NCBI RefSeq assembly: GCF_011045215.1
Contig: NZ_CP049201.1
Origin: Escherichia coli
GTDB taxonomy: Bacteria > Pseudomonadota > Gammaproteobacteria > Enterobacterales > Enterobacteriaceae
Strand: one strand, 5' to 3'
DNA length: 64,000 bases
Below the pieces are notes generated by a model. The model did not search any database, was not told where the DNA came from, and worked only from the letters and a program-made list of their open reading frames with translations. The translations under genes and the position numbers were made by a program. Every line of letters starts with the position of its first letter. Position 1 is the stretch's first letter. Positions 26,604-41,589 of the stretch are shown one piece after another.

Positions 26604-27569
26604 TTACGCAAAATTTTCGAAGTATGCCTCCAACGCCTCCAGCTGTTCGCTGGCATCCTCAATGGCGTTGAATGTGCGCCGAAACTGGTCATTTGGAGCG
26701 TGTTCCTGGAGATACCAGGAAACGTGTTTACGTGCAATTCGGTACCCTTTTGCCGGACCATAAAAGTCATGCAGTTCCCGAACGTGCGCGCAAAGCAAGC
26801 GCTTAACCTCTGCCAAAGGCAGCGGGGGCAGCAACTCCCCAGTGTCCAGATAATGCTGGATTTCCCGAAAGATCCAGGGTCTTCCCTGAGCTGCGCGGCC
26901 TATCATCAGGGCATCCGCCCCTGTATAGTCGAGCACAGCTCTGGCTTTAAGCGGGTCAGTAATGTCGCCATTCGCGATAACCGGAATGGAAACTTTCTGC
27001 TTAACTGCCCGAATACTGTCGTACTCAGCTTCTCCATTGAACAAACAGGCGCGTGTACGGCCATGAATGGTCAGAGCCTGAATGCCACAGTCTTCAGCCA
27101 GTTGGGCAATCTCTTCGCAGTTACGGTGTTCCGGTGCCCAGCCAGTGCGAATTTTCAGGGTAACAGGAACGTCCACTGCATTGACGACCTCGGTAAGGAT
27201 CGATTTAACGACATCCGGGTACTGCAAGAGGGCTGAACCTGCGAGCTTGCGATTCACTTTTTTAGCCGGGCAACCCATATTGATATCAATAATCTGGGCA
27301 CCGCTTTCCACGTTAATACGTGCTGCATCTGCCATTTCTTTCGGATCGCTACCAGCAATTTGCACGGTGCGAATACCGGGTTCATCAATGTGCACCATCC
27401 GTAAACGAGATTTGTCGCTTTCCCAAACCTGTGGGTTAGAAGACATCATCTCGGATACTGTCAATCCGGCTCCCATCTCGTAGCACAACGTCCGAAAAGG
27501 TCTGTCTGTAATGCCAGCCATGGGCGCTGCGATCAGGCGATTTCTGAGCTGATATTGTCCGATGCGCAT
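26604..27569 (-). CDS. dusB: tRNA-dihydrouridine synthase B
   Basis: 321-aa [38 protein letters not shown]...; TIM-barrel Dus family; co-transcribed upstream of fis. Confidence 0.95.
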   Translation of the reverse strand: MRIGQYQLRNRLIAAPMAGITDRPFRTLCYEMGAGLTVSEMMSSNPQVWESDKSRLRMVHIDEPGIRTVQIAGSDPKEMADAARINVESGAQIIDINMGCPAKKVNRKLAGSALLQYPDVVKSILTEVVNAVDVPVTLKIRTGWAPEHRNCEEIAQLAEDCGIQALTIHGRTRACLFNGEAEYDSIRAVKQKVSIPVIANGDITDPLKARAVLDYTGADALMIGRAAQGRPWIFREIQHYLDTGELLPPLPLAEVKRLLCAHVRELHDFYGPAKGYRIARKHVSWYLQEHAPNDQFRRTFNAIEDASEQLEALEAYFENFA

Positions 27570-27897
27570 GAGTTAAGAAATGACCATACTGTGACTGCAA
27601 GGCGGCGTATATTACGCATTTTTTGCACGAGATGAAAGGCCAAACTTTGACCAATCCTCTGAGATGGATCAAAGAATTGCATTTAAAATGAGCGTGGTGC
27701 GATAATTACTCATAAAAATCATCATATTAGAAAATAGTGACTAAAATTTACACTCAAAGAAATTTGAGTAAGTTCTCAATTTTTCTTTATGAATGAAAAT
27801 TTTGGCACGCAAATTTGCGTAAATAATCGGCAAATTTACGTGCCTTTTGTGAGCTTGCTCGCACTTCGCCCCGCGTCACCCTACGGCGATGCGAAGG
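27570..27897 (-). promoter_or_regulatory. dusB-fis operon promoter and regulatory region
   Basis: AT-rich 328-bp intergenic region upstream of dusB; individual -35/-10 hexamers and Fis/IHF sites not resolved by eye. Confidence 0.35.
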
Positions 27898-28779
27898 TTA
27901 ATTCTTACGACCGGTAATACGGCACCACTCTTCTTTTTCCACGACCGGGTCCAGTGCGAAGCTGTCGGCATAAGCTTCACAAACGCTCTCTGCCTGGCTT
28001 GCCAGAATACCGGAAAGGCCCAGCAAACCGCCTGAAACCGGCAGGACGCTGATTAACGGTGCCAGTTCACGTAATGGGCCTGCAAGGATGTTAGCGACCA
28101 CCACGTCAGCTTTCATTTCTTCTGGCTGATCTTTCGGTAAGTAGAGTTCCAGACGGTCAGAAACGCCATTACGTTCGGCGTTATCGCGGCTGGCCTGAAT
28201 CGCCTGCGGATCGATATCAATACCAATGGCTTTTGCTGCACCCAGTTTCAGCGCCGCGATCGCCAGAATGCCGGAACCACAGCCAAAGTCGATGACTGTT
28301 TTACCGGTTAAATCGAGGCTGTCGAGCCATTGCAGGCACAGAGAGGTGGTTGGATGGGTACCCGTACCAAACGCCAGCCCTGGATCTAACATCACGTTGA
28401 CGGCGTTTTCGTCCGGCACATCACGCCAGCTAGGGCAGATCCACAGTCGTTCACCAAAGCGCATCGGGTGGAAATTATCCATCCATTCGCGCTCCCAGTC
28501 TTTATCTTCTAGTTGTTCGATTTTATGCGCGAAGCCTGCGCCGAGCAGCGGATGGTTTTCCAGAATCGCCACCACGTCGTTCATATCGGTTTCAGCGTCG
28601 AACAGACCAATCACATCGGTGTCGCCCCACAGGCGCGTTTCGCCCGGCAGCGGCTCAAATACTGGCGTATCGTGGGTATCCTGAAAAGTGATAGAAACGG
28701 CACCCGCTTCCATCAGCGCATCGCTAAGATCTTCCGCGTTCGCGCCGGTGGTGTTCAGTTTCAGTTGGATCCAAGGCAT
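27898..28779 (-). CDS. prmA: Ribosomal protein L11 methyltransferase
   Basis: 293-aa [37 protein letters not shown]...; AdoMet motif [10 protein letters not shown]. Confidence 0.95.
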
Positions 28780-28790
28780 GGCAAAACTCT

Positions 28791-30242
28791 TTATTTATCA
28801 GTAGTCAAAACGGTAGCTTGCGGGACGGATGTACCGAAACGGTTTCCGACCAGGAAAGCCAGCAAACTTAGTAGTAACGAGGGCACGATAGGGTGGAAGC
28901 CCAGGTACTGAATATTCAGCGTCGCGAGTACGGCATACAGCACGCCGCCAACGATCATCGCACTTAGCGCGCCTTTGGCGTTGGCGCGTTCCCAGTAAAG
29001 ACCCAGCACCAGCGGCCACAGGAAAACGGCTTCCAGCCCACCGAAGGCCAACAAATTCAGCCAGATGATCATTTCTGGCGGCTTCCAGGCGGCAAGCAGC
29101 AGCAACGCGCCGAGAACTAACGTAATTACCGCCGACATCCGCTTCAGACGCGTCTCGTTTTGCATTTGATCCGGACGGATATTCAGATAGAGATCTTTAA
29201 TGATCGTAGCGGAACTTTGTAGCAATTGGGCGTTAATTGTCGACATGATCGCAGCCATAGGTGCAGCCAGAAAGATCCCGGCAGCAAACGGTGGCAGCAC
29301 TTTTACCATTAACGTCGGGATCACCAGATCCGGTACGGTGAGATCGGGGATCACTGCACGACCTAACGCTCCTGCCAGGTGCATACCGAACATCAGGATT
29401 GCGACTACAATCGTACCGATGATGATCCCCCGGTGTACTGCTTTGCTGTCTTTATAAGAGATACAGCGCACCGCAGTATGCGGCAGGCCTATAACGCCAA
29501 AGCACACCAGTACCCAGAACGACGTCATAAAGGCAGGCGACAGAATATCGTCAGCGCCTTGTGGCGTAACCAGTTGCGGATCGATGGTTTGCAAGGTCTG
29601 TACTGCGTTGCTTAAGCCGCCAGCGGCATGTACCACGCCAATAAGCAGCACAACGGTGCCAATCAGCATCACAAGCCCTTGCATGGTGTCGTTCAGCACG
29701 CTGGCGCGAAAGCCACCAAAGGCGGTATATAACGCAATGCTGATACCAAAAATCAGCAGCCCGGTTTCATAAGGAATACCCGCCGCGGTTTCCAGCAGGC
29801 GCGCACCGCCGATAAACTGCACGGTCATCGCACCAACGAACGCAACCAGCAAACTCAAACTCGCCAGCCACACCAGAAGACGACTCTGGTAGCGGGCAAA
29901 CAGCATATCGTTCAGCGTCACTGCATTGTAGCGGCGCGCAAGAATCGCAAACTTCTTGCCGAGAATACCGAGCGAAAGCCAGACTGCAGGAAGCTGAATC
30001 ATCGCCAGCAATACCCAGCCAAGGCCGTATTTGTAAGCAGCTCCAGGCCCGCCGATAAACGAACTGGCACTGATATAAGTCGCGGTGAGCGTCATCGCCA
30101 GCACAATACCGCCCATAGAGCGGCTGCCGAGGAAATACTCATTAAGAAAGGTGCCGGTGCTCCGTTTACGCATCGCATAAACCGAGATACCGAACACCAC
30201 TACCAGATAGGCGACCAGCGGTAGAATTACTTCAAGCTGCAT
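28791..30242 (-). CDS. panF: Sodium/pantothenate symporter
   Basis: 483 aa from [26 protein letters not shown]...; SSS-family polytopic transporter; start choice +/-6 nt. Confidence 0.9.
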
Positions 30243-30474
30243 CGTCATCCTCCAGCGGGATATCGCGATAGATAAATTTCACCATCGCCCAGCACAGTCC
30301 AATAAACAGCAGCGGTGTCAGGATGCAGGCCATCTCAAACCAGCGCGGAAAGCCGGTAAAACCGGGGGCAACGCCAGGTAAGTAAGCGGCTACTAACCAT
30401 ACCGCCAGATACAAAAGGGTCAGCCCCAGCGCCCAGCGCGCCTCTTTATGGGCCTGAACAAAACGAGTGTCCAT
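30232..30474 (-). CDS. yhdT: Small membrane protein YhdT (DUF997)
   Basis: 80-aa ORF MDTRFVQAHKEARWALGLTLLYLAVWLVAAYLPG...; immediately upstream of panF. Confidence 0.8.
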   Translation of the reverse strand: MDTRFVQAHKEARWALGLTLLYLAVWLVAAYLPGVAPGFTGFPRWFEMACILTPLLFIGLCWAMVKFIYRDIPLEDDDAA

Positions 30475-30540
30475 TTTTTGTCCCTGATGGGTGAAGAAAG
30501 CGGGGATTGTACCTTATGGGGGTTGTCGATCCCCAGTAAT

Positions 30541-30568
30541 AAAAAAGGCCGGAAAATCCGGCCTTTTG
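30541..30568 (-). terminator. Rho-independent terminator downstream of accC
   Basis: AAAAGGCCGGATTTTCCGGCCTTTTTT on the reverse strand, just past the accC stop. Confidence 0.75.
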
Positions 30569-30582
30569 ACGCTTTAGCAGTC

Positions 30583-31932
30583 TTATTTTTCCTGAAGACC
30601 GAGTTTTTTCTCCAGATAGTGGATGTTAGTGCCACCATGCTGGAAGTTCTCGTCATTCATGATGCGGATCTGCAGATCAATATTGGTCTTGATACCGTCG
30701 ATGATCAGCTCCTGCAGCGCATTCTTCATGCGAGCAATCGCCACGTCACGGTTTTCACCGTAGCAAATCAGTTTGCCGATCATTGAGTCATAGTACGGCG
30801 GTACAGTGTAGCCCGCGTAGATATGAGACTCCCAACGCACGCCAAAACCGCCAGGTGCGTGGAAACGGGTGATTTTGCCTGGGCTTGGCAGGAAGGTGTT
30901 CGGATCTTCGGCGTTAATACGGCATTCCACCGCATGGCCGCGAACATGAACCTCTTCTTGCTTGATCGACAGCGGTTGACCTGCCGCGATACGCAGCTGT
31001 TCTTTGATCAGGTCAACGCCGGTGATCATTTCAGTAACCGGGTGTTCTACCTGAATACGGGTGTTCATTTCGATGAAATAGAACTCGCCGTTTTCGAACA
31101 GGAACTCGAAAGTACCTGCACCGCGATAGCCGATATCAACACACGCTTTAGCGCAACGTTCGCCGATGTAGCGGCGCAGTTCCGGGGTAATGCCCGGTGC
31201 TGGCGCTTCTTCGACCACTTTCTGATGGCGGCGCTGCATGGAGCAGTCACGTTCCGCCAGATAGATAGCGTTGCCCTGACCGTCAGCCAGTACCTGAATC
31301 TCGACGTGGCGAGGATTTTCCAGGTATTTCTCCATGTAAACCATGTCGTTATTGAAAGCGGCTTTCGCTTCCGCACGGGTCATGGAGATGGATTGTGCCA
31401 GTTCCGCGTCGCCGCGCACTACGCGCATACCGCGACCGCCGCCGCCGCCGGAGGCTTTGATAATCACCGGATAACCAATGCGTTTAGCAATGGCGCGGTT
31501 TTTATCCATATCGTCGCCCAGCGGGCCGTCAGAACCTGGTACACAAGGAACGCCCGCTTTTTTCATCGCGGCGATTGCCGACACTTTGTCACCCATCAGG
31601 CGAATAGTGTCTGCTTTCGGGCCGATGAAGATAAAGCCAGAACGTTCAACCTGCTCGGCAAAATTGGCGTTCTCGGAGAGGAAGCCGTAACCCGGATGGA
31701 TTGCTACTGCGCCGGTGATTTCAGCGGCGCTGATGATTGCCGGGATGTTCAGATAACTTTTTACTGACGGAGCAGGGCCGATACAGACCGTTTCATCTGC
31801 CAGTAATACGTGTTTTAGATCGCGATCCGCGCTGGAGTGCACAGCGACAGTCTTGATGCCCAGTTCTTTACAGGCACGAAGAATACGCAATGCAATCTCG
31901 CCGCGGTTGGCAATAACAATTTTATCCAGCAT
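30583..31932 (-). CDS. accC: Biotin carboxylase subunit of acetyl-CoA carboxylase
   Basis: 449 aa from internal ATG ([33 protein letters not shown]...); ATP-grasp fold. Confidence 0.97.
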   Translation of the reverse strand: MLDKIVIANRGEIALRILRACKELGIKTVAVHSSADRDLKHVLLADETVCIGPAPSVKSYLNIPAIISAAEITGAVAIHPGYGFLSENANFAEQVERSGFIFIGPKADTIRLMGDKVSAIAAMKKAGVPCVPGSDGPLGDDMDKNRAIAKRIGYPVIIKASGGGGGRGMRVVRGDAELAQSISMTRAEAKAAFNNDMVYMEKYLENPRHVEIQVLADGQGNAIYLAERDCSMQRRHQKVVEEAPAPGITPELRRYIGERCAKACVDIGYRGAGTFEFLFENGEFYFIEMNTRIQVEHPVTEMITGVDLIKEQLRIAAGQPLSIKQEEVHVRGHAVECRINAEDPNTFLPSPGKITRFHAPGGFGVRWESHIYAGYTVPPYYDSMIGKLICYGENRDVAIARMKNALQELIIDGIKTNIDLQIRIMNDENFQHGGTNIHYLEKKLGLQEK

Positions 31933-31942
31933 GTTCGCCTCG

Positions 31943-32413
31943 TTACTCGATGACGACCAGCGGCTCGTCAAATTCTACCGGTTGTCCACTTTCGACCAGA
32001 ATTGCTTTCACAGTACCGGATTTGTCTGCTTCGATCTGGTTCATCATTTTCATGGCTTCAACGATGCACAGGGTATCGCCCACGTTGACTTTCTGACCCA
32101 CTTCGATGAACGCTTTTGCGTCCGGGCTTGGGGTGCGGTAGAAAGTACCAACCATCGGGGAGCGTACGATGTGACCACTGATTTCCGCTGCTGCTGGCGC
32201 TTCCATGGAAGGAACTGTCGCCGGAGCGGCTGCGTTAGATTGAGCTGGCTGCTGCATCATTGGTGCAGCGTAAGCTTGTTGCATCACAGGGAAACTTGCG
32301 GCAGGAGCTGCACGGCTGATGCGTACTGACTCTTCGCCTTCGGAGATTTCCAGTTCGGAGATGCCTGATTCTTCAACCAGCTCGATCAGTTTTTTAATCT
32401 TACGAATATCCAT
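31943..32413 (-). CDS. accB: Biotin carboxyl carrier protein of acetyl-CoA carboxylase
   Basis: 156 aa; Ala/Pro-rich linker; biotinylation motif [10 protein letters not shown] near C-terminus. Confidence 0.97.
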
Positions 32414-33389
32414 GAGTGGGTTCCGTACTCTTTGTTTAGTGTGATTGTGACAGGCGTTTCACCGCCGTCTGTAAAGCGTATGCCCCGACAGCTGTATGCA
32501 TAGCGATAAATTCCAGCAGGCCGGGACGCCGGTCTATTTTGCCCCAGAGTGTCAATGTTAGACTTGACGGACATTGTGCAGCGATCTGCTGCTATCCTCC
32601 GGCAAAAAACAAAATATACCTTCGTTGCGCCAATGTCACCTTTTCCGCAGCGCAAAAACTGCGTCAGGGAGGACGAGGTCGCACATTATAACGATTTCGT
32701 AGCAATTGGCAGCTAAATACTGGTCTTATCAGGGAAGATAATCAACAGCTAACATGTAAATAACCTTCAACACCGTGTAATTTGCAACAAGCCGCACAAT
32801 TCACGAAATTAGCGCCATCATCGACGGAACTTCTTATAACGTAAGGTGAAAAGCTGTAAAGCCAGCCCTGCGAAGATGAGGGCTGCAATGAGATAATCTT
32901 CACAGACCACAAATAATGTAGGGATGCCAGGATCGCGACAAGATAGACGACATTACGCAGCGGTTGCTGGGGATTACCCAATTTTCACTGCATCGTCTGG
33001 ATAGATGTGAATGCTAAAGCACGCAAAATTAACCGATTGACAATGCTCAGCATTAAATAGGTTCGAGTGATTAATTTGTAGTCAAACAAAATCAGATTAT
33101 TCACCCCATGGTACCAGAAATAAGTAAGGGGTTAAGCGTAGCGTCGCCCAAGCAAAGCACCATAAACCTAACAGGCGACGGAGGCGTATCAATAATAGCT
33201 GTTTAGTGGAGTATCAATGCGCATCAATTTATGGTCAGTCGAAATCATGACTTTCCAGTTTGGATGATGTTGTACAACTTCATGACCAAGGTGTTCGACG
33301 AAAGCTGTCCGGCTAACCGCTTTTCCCGTTAACCGATTGAATAATGATTTCAAAATGAGTTCCCTCTCTTATTATTCCTTGCTAAATGG

Positions 33390-34364
33390 TTAGTTAACCT
33401 TCACCAGCGTGCGACCTTGGATCTGGTTATTAATGATGGCCTCGGCAAAGTTCGGTGCCTCTGACAGAGATATCTCTTTTGCCGCCTGGGTATAGAATGA
33501 TTCCGGTAAATCGGCGACCAGTCGCTGCCAGGCTTGTGCGCGGCGTTCTGGTGGCGTCATTACTGAATCCACCCCTTGCAAACGGACATTACGCAGAATA
33601 AATGGCATGACCGTGGTTGGCAGAGTAAAACCACCCGCCAGACCACAGGCCGCCACGCAGCCGCCGTAATTCATTTGCGCCAGCACTTTTGCCAGCACTT
33701 TGTCGCCAACGGTGTCAATTGCCCCAGCCCACACTTGTTTTTCCAGAGGACGGGATTCGGCAAACTCATCACGAGGGAGAATACGGCTGGCACCTAAACT
33801 TTTCAGATATTCATGGGTACTTTCGCGACCGGAAACGGCAACGACCTGGTAACCCAACTTATGCAGCAGCGCTACGGCGGTACTGCCGACGCCACCACTG
33901 GCACCCGTCACAACAATCTCTCCGTCCTGCGGGCGAACACCGGCATCTTCCAGCGCCATCACACACAGCATGGCGGTAAAACCGGCAGTACCGATAATCA
34001 TTGCTTTACGCGCGTCCAGCCCTTGCGGCATGGCAACCAGCCAGTCACCTTTCACTCGCGCCTGCTCCGCCAGCCCACCCCAGTGGTTTTCACCAACGCC
34101 CCAGCCAGTGAGTAACACCTCCTGACCGGCATGAAAACGCGGATCTTCGCTGGTGCATACAGTTCCGGCAAAATCGATCCCAGGAATCATCGGAAAATTA
34201 CGGATGATTTTTCCCTTACCGGTAATCGCCAGCGCATCTTTATAGTTCAGGCTCGACCAGTGAACATCGACCGTGACATCGCCCTCCGGCAGGCGACTTT
34301 CGTCCAGAGTCTGTACTGATGCGAGAGTTTTGCCGTCCTGCTGTTCTAAAAGTAACGCCTGCAT
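33390..34364 (-). CDS. acuI: NADPH-dependent acrylyl-CoA reductase AcuI (YhdH), MDR-family oxidoreductase
   Basis: 324-aa ORF MQALLLEQQDGKTLASVQTLDESRLPEGDVTVDVHWSSLNYKD...; quinone-oxidoreductase-like. Confidence 0.9.
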   Translation of the reverse strand: MQALLLEQQDGKTLASVQTLDESRLPEGDVTVDVHWSSLNYKDALAITGKGKIIRNFPMIPGIDFAGTVCTSEDPRFHAGQEVLLTGWGVGENHWGGLAEQARVKGDWLVAMPQGLDARKAMIIGTAGFTAMLCVMALEDAGVRPQDGEIVVTGASGGVGSTAVALLHKLGYQVVAVSGRESTHEYLKSLGASRILPRDEFAESRPLEKQVWAGAIDTVGDKVLAKVLAQMNYGGCVAACGLAGGFTLPTTVMPFILRNVRLQGVDSVMTPPERRAQAWQRLVADLPESFYTQAAKEISLSEAPNFAEAIINNQIQGRTLVKVN

Positions 34365-34515
34365 AAGTGGTCCTCATGTGCATGATGGATTGGAAAATAA
34401 TTTCTGAAGACTATACTCGCTAATGGAAAAGCAAAGCCGATGAAGCGCAATAAATTGCGAGATAAATCTGATTTGCTAGTATGCCCGCTTCCTCACTATC
34501 GGAGTTAACACAAGG

Positions 34516-36456
34516 ATGAGATTAACGACGAAATTTTCGGCCTTTGTTACGCTGCTCACCGGGTTAACAATTTTTGTGACTTTGCTGGGCTGTTCGCTAA
34601 GTTTCTACAACGCCATTCAGTATAAGTTTAGTCATCGCGTTCAGGCGGTGGCGACGGCGATTGATACCCACCTTGTGTCGAATGACTTCAGCGCATTAAG
34701 GCCACAAATTACCGAATTAATGGTGTCAGCAGATATCGTTCGTGTAGACCTGCTGCATGGTGATAAACAGGTTTATACCCTGGCCAGAAATGGTAGTTAT
34801 CGTCCGGTTGGCACCAGCGATCTGTTTCGTGAACTGAGCGTTCCGTTGATAAAGCATCCGGGGATGTCGTTGCGTCTGGTTTATCAGGATCCGATGGGCA
34901 ACTATTTCCATTCGTTGATGACCACCGCGCCGCTCACGGGGGCGATTGGCTTTATCATTCTTATGCTCTTTCTGGCGGTACGCTGGTTACAACGGCAACT
35001 TGCCGGGCAAGAATTGCTGGAAACCCGGGCTACTCGTATCTTAAACGGTGAGCGTGGCTCTAATGTGTTGGGAACCATCTATGAATGGCCGCCCACAACC
35101 AGCAGTGCGCTGGATACGCTGCTTCGTGAAATTCAGAACGCACGCGAACAACACAGCCGTCTTGATACGCTGATCCGCTCTTATGCCGCACAGGACGTGA
35201 AAACCGGCCTCAATAACCGACTCTTTTTCGATAATCAGTTAGCAACGTTACTGGAAGATCAGGAGAAAGTAGGTACCCACGGGATCGTGATGATGATTCG
35301 TCTGCCGGATTTCAATATGTTGAGCGATACCTGGGGGCACAGCCAGGTTGAAGAACAGTTCTTCACTCTGACGAATCTGCTGTCGACATTTATGATGCGC
35401 TACCCTGGCGCACTGCTGGCGCGTTACCACCGCAGTGATTTTGCTGCGCTGTTACCGCACCGGACGTTAAAAGAGGCAGAGAGCATCGCCGGTCAGTTAA
35501 TCAAAGCCGTCGATACCTTGCCGAACAATAAAATGCTCGATCGCGACGATATGATCCACATTGGTATCTGCGCCTGGCGTAGTGGTCAGGATACCGAGCA
35601 GGTAATGGAACATGCAGAGTCTGCCACGCGTAATGCGGGATTGCAGGGCGGCAATAGCTGGGCTATTTACGATGACTCGTTGCCTGAAAAAGGACGCGGT
35701 AATGTTCGCTGGCGTACGCTTATCGAGCAAATGCTCAGTCGCGGCGGCCCGCGCCTTTATCAAAAACCGGCGGTTACTCGCGAAGGTCAGGTTCATCATC
35801 GCGAACTCATGTGCCGCATCTTTGATGGTAATGAAGAGGTTAGCTCGGCGGAGTATATGCCGATGGTCTTGCAGTTTGGCTTATCGGAAGAGTATGACCG
35901 TCTGCAAATCAGCCGTCTTATTCCACTATTGCGTTACTGGCCAGAGGAAAATCTGGCGATTCAGGTTACCGTTGAGTCGCTGATTCGCCCGCGTTTTCAG
36001 CGTTGGCTGCGCGATACGTTAATGCAATGTGAAAAATCACAACGAAAACGCATAATTATTGAACTTGCAGAGGCCGATGTAGGTCAACATATCAGTCGTT
36101 TACAACCTGTTATTCGTTTAGTGAATGCTTTAGGGGTACGGGTAGCCGTCAACCAGGCTGGTTTGACGCTGGTAAGCACCAGTTGGATCAAAGAACTTAA
36201 TGTTGAGTTACTCAAGCTCCATCCGGGGCTGGTCAGAAACATTGAGAAGCGAACGGAGAACCAGCTGCTGGTTCAAAGCCTGGTGGAAGCCTGCTCAGGG
36301 ACCAGCACCCAGGTTTACGCCACCGGTGTGCGTTCGCGAAGCGAGTGGCAGACCCTGATTCAGCGCGGTGTTACAGGCGGGCAAGGGGATTTTTTCGCGT
36401 CCTCACAGCCACTTGATACTAACGTGAAAAAATATTCACAAAGATACTCGGTTTAA
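34516..36456 (+). CDS. csrD: RNase E specificity factor CsrD (degenerate GGDEF-EAL protein)
   Basis: 646-aa ORF with N-terminal TM segments followed by GGDEF-like and EAL-like domains. Confidence 0.9.
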   Translation: MRLTTKFSAFVTLLTGLTIFVTLLGCSLSFYNAIQYKFSHRVQAVATAIDTHLVSNDFSALRPQITELMVSADIVRVDLLHGDKQVYTLARNGSYRPVGTSDLFRELSVPLIKHPGMSLRLVYQDPMGNYFHSLMTTAPLTGAIGFIILMLFLAVRWLQRQLAGQELLETRATRILNGERGSNVLGTIYEWPPTTSSALDTLLREIQNAREQHSRLDTLIRSYAAQDVKTGLNNRLFFDNQLATLLEDQEKVGTHGIVMMIRLPDFNMLSDTWGHSQVEEQFFTLTNLLSTFMMRYPGALLARYHRSDFAALLPHRTLKEAESIAGQLIKAVDTLPNNKMLDRDDMIHIGICAWRSGQDTEQVMEHAESATRNAGLQGGNSWAIYDDSLPEKGRGNVRWRTLIEQMLSRGGPRLYQKPAVTREGQVHHRELMCRIFDGNEEVSSAEYMPMVLQFGLSEEYDRLQISRLIPLLRYWPEENLAIQVTVESLIRPRFQRWLRDTLMQCEKSQRKRIIIELAEADVGQHISRLQPVIRLVNALGVRVAVNQAGLTLVSTSWIKELNVELLKLHPGLVRNIEKRTENQLLVQSLVEACSGTSTQVYATGVRSRSEWQTLIQRGVTGGQGDFFASSQPLDTNVKKYSQRYSV

Positions 36457-36634
36457 CCTGCCGTTTAATCCGTTTTCACGTAGAATAACGCGCGCTGCGT
36501 CTCATGGGAGTGTGCTTGTCTGCTCGCCAGATTGTTGCAGCACATATGCAGATGAATGACCTTACGCGGTTGCAAACAGGCGAGGAATGCTGCTGATGCA
36601 TTAAGCCTTTCTGGACTCAGGCAGAGATTTGTAA

Positions 36635-37804
<1,170 letters not shown>

Positions 37805-37869
37805 TCGGATGCAGGCAGGGGAAGCGTCTGTTTACCCTGCCTGGTCTGATACGAGAATACGCATAACTT

Positions 37870-39461
<1,592 letters not shown>

Positions 39462-39469
39462 AGGTTTCT

Positions 39470-40063
39470 ATGACTTCTCTGTATTTAGCTTCCGGTTCTC
39501 CGCGTCGTCAGGAGTTACTTGCGCAACTTGGCGTGACCTTTGAACGTATTGTTACGGGCATTGAGGAGCAGCGTCAGCCGCAGGAGAGCGCGCAGCAGTA
39601 TGTTGTGCGTCTGGCGCGCGAGAAAGCACGGGCAGGTGTCGCGCAAACGGCGAAGGATCTCCCGGTGCTGGGTGCGGATACTATCGTTATCCTGAACGGA
39701 GAAGTGCTGGAGAAACCGCGCGACGCAGAGCATGCGGCGCAGATGTTGCGCAAATTATCGGGTCAGACCCATCAGGTGATGACGGCAGTGGCGTTGGCCG
39801 ACAGCCAGCACATTCTCGATTGCCTGGTGGTCACCGATGTGACTTTCAGAACGTTAACAGACGAAGACATCGCGGGCTATGTCGCCAGCGGTGAACCGTT
39901 AGATAAAGCAGGTGCATACGGTATTCAGGGGCTGGGTGGCTGTTTTGTCAGGAAGATAAATGGCAGCTATCACGCCGTAGTCGGCTTACCGCTGGTTGAA
40001 ACGTATGAATTATTAAGTAATTTTAACGCACTGCGTGAGAAAAGGGATAAACATGACGGCTGA
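39470..40063 (+). CDS. yhdE: Maf-family nucleoside triphosphate pyrophosphatase YhdE
   Basis: 197-aa [31 protein letters not shown]...; Maf family. Confidence 0.92.
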   Translation: MTSLYLASGSPRRQELLAQLGVTFERIVTGIEEQRQPQESAQQYVVRLAREKARAGVAQTAKDLPVLGADTIVILNGEVLEKPRDAEHAAQMLRKLSGQTHQVMTAVALADSQHILDCLVVTDVTFRTLTDEDIAGYVASGEPLDKAGAYGIQGLGGCFVRKINGSYHAVVGLPLVETYELLSNFNALREKRDKHDG

Positions 40064-41522
40064 ATTGTTAGTAAACGTAACGCCTTCGGAAACGCGAGTG
40101 GCGTATATTGATGGCGGTATTCTGCAGGAAATTCATATTGAACGTGAGGCGCGACGCGGAATAGTAGGCAATATCTACAAGGGTCGTGTAAGTCGTGTAC
40201 TTCCGGGTATGCAGGCGGCTTTTGTAGATATTGGGCTGGATAAAGCCGCGTTTCTTCATGCTTCCGACATCATGCCGCACACCGAATGTGTGGCGGGTGA
40301 AGAACAAAAGCAATTCACGGTGCGCGACATCTCGGAACTGGTTCGTCAGGGGCAAGATCTGATGGTGCAGGTGGTGAAAGATCCGCTTGGCACTAAGGGG
40401 GCGCGCCTGACCACCGATATCACGCTGCCTTCTCGCTATCTGGTCTTTATGCCAGGGGCTTCTCACGTTGGTGTTTCCCAACGTATTGAAAGCGAATCAG
40501 AACGTGAACGCCTGAAAAAAGTGGTCGCAGAGTATTGCGACGAGCAGGGCGGGTTTATCATCCGTACCGCAGCGGAAGGGGTTGGCGAGGCTGAACTGGC
40601 CTCCGATGCCGCTTATCTGAAACGCGTCTGGACCAAAGTTATGGAGCGTAAAAAACGCCCGCAGACCCGTTATCAGCTGTACGGCGAACTGGCGCTGGCG
40701 CAGCGTGTTCTGCGTGATTTCGCCGATGCCGAACTGGACCGCATTCGCGTTGACTCACGCCTGACTTACGAAGCATTACTTGAGTTCACCTCGGAGTACA
40801 TTCCCGAGATGACCAGCAAGCTGGAGCATTACACCGGACGCCAGCCGATTTTCGATCTCTTTGATGTCGAAAACGAAATCCAGCGAGCGCTGGAACGCAA
40901 AGTAGAACTGAAATCCGGTGGTTATCTGATTATCGACCAGACCGAAGCGATGACCACCGTGGACATCAATACCGGAGCGTTTGTCGGTCATCGCAATCTT
41001 GACGACACCATTTTCAATACCAATATTGAAGCGACGCAGGCTATCGCTCGCCAGTTACGGTTGCGCAATCTGGGCGGGATTATCATTATTGATTTCATCG
41101 ATATGAATAATGAAGATCACCGCCGCCGAGTGCTGCACTCGCTGGAGCAGGCGTTGAGCAAAGACCGGGTGAAAACCAGCGTTAATGGTTTTTCGGCGCT
41201 GGGGCTGGTGGAGATGACGCGTAAACGCACCCGCGAAAGCATTGAGCACGTACTGTGTAACGAATGCCCAACCTGCCACGGTCGCGGAACGGTGAAAACC
41301 GTGGAAACGGTATGCTATGAAATCATGCGCGAGATTGTTCGTGTCCACCATGCTTACGACTCCGACCGTTTCCTGGTCTATGCTTCTCCGGCAGTAGCTG
41401 AAGCCTTGAAAGGCGAAGAGTCACACTCGCTGGCGGAAGTGGAAATTTTCGTTGGTAAACAGGTTAAAGTACAAATTGAACCGCTCTATAACCAGGAGCA
41501 GTTTGACGTCGTAATGATGTAA
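40053..41522 (+). CDS. rng: Ribonuclease G
   Basis: 489 aa from ATG at 40053 ([31 protein letters not shown]...); S1 domain plus RNase E/G catalytic core; start overlaps yhdE 3' end by 11 nt. Confidence 0.95.
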
Positions 41523-41589
41523 ACAGATGCTGGGCCGCCATCCGGCAAAGGGTTTTTGAGTCACATATTTAGCAGACAAGGAGTGACGG

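Noticed and set aside
32742-32981. 79-aa minus-strand ORF in the acuI-accB gap
   Set aside because: Cys/Ser-rich low-complexity translation with no plausible start context; the region is kept as a finding for possible RNA-level features, not as a CDS.
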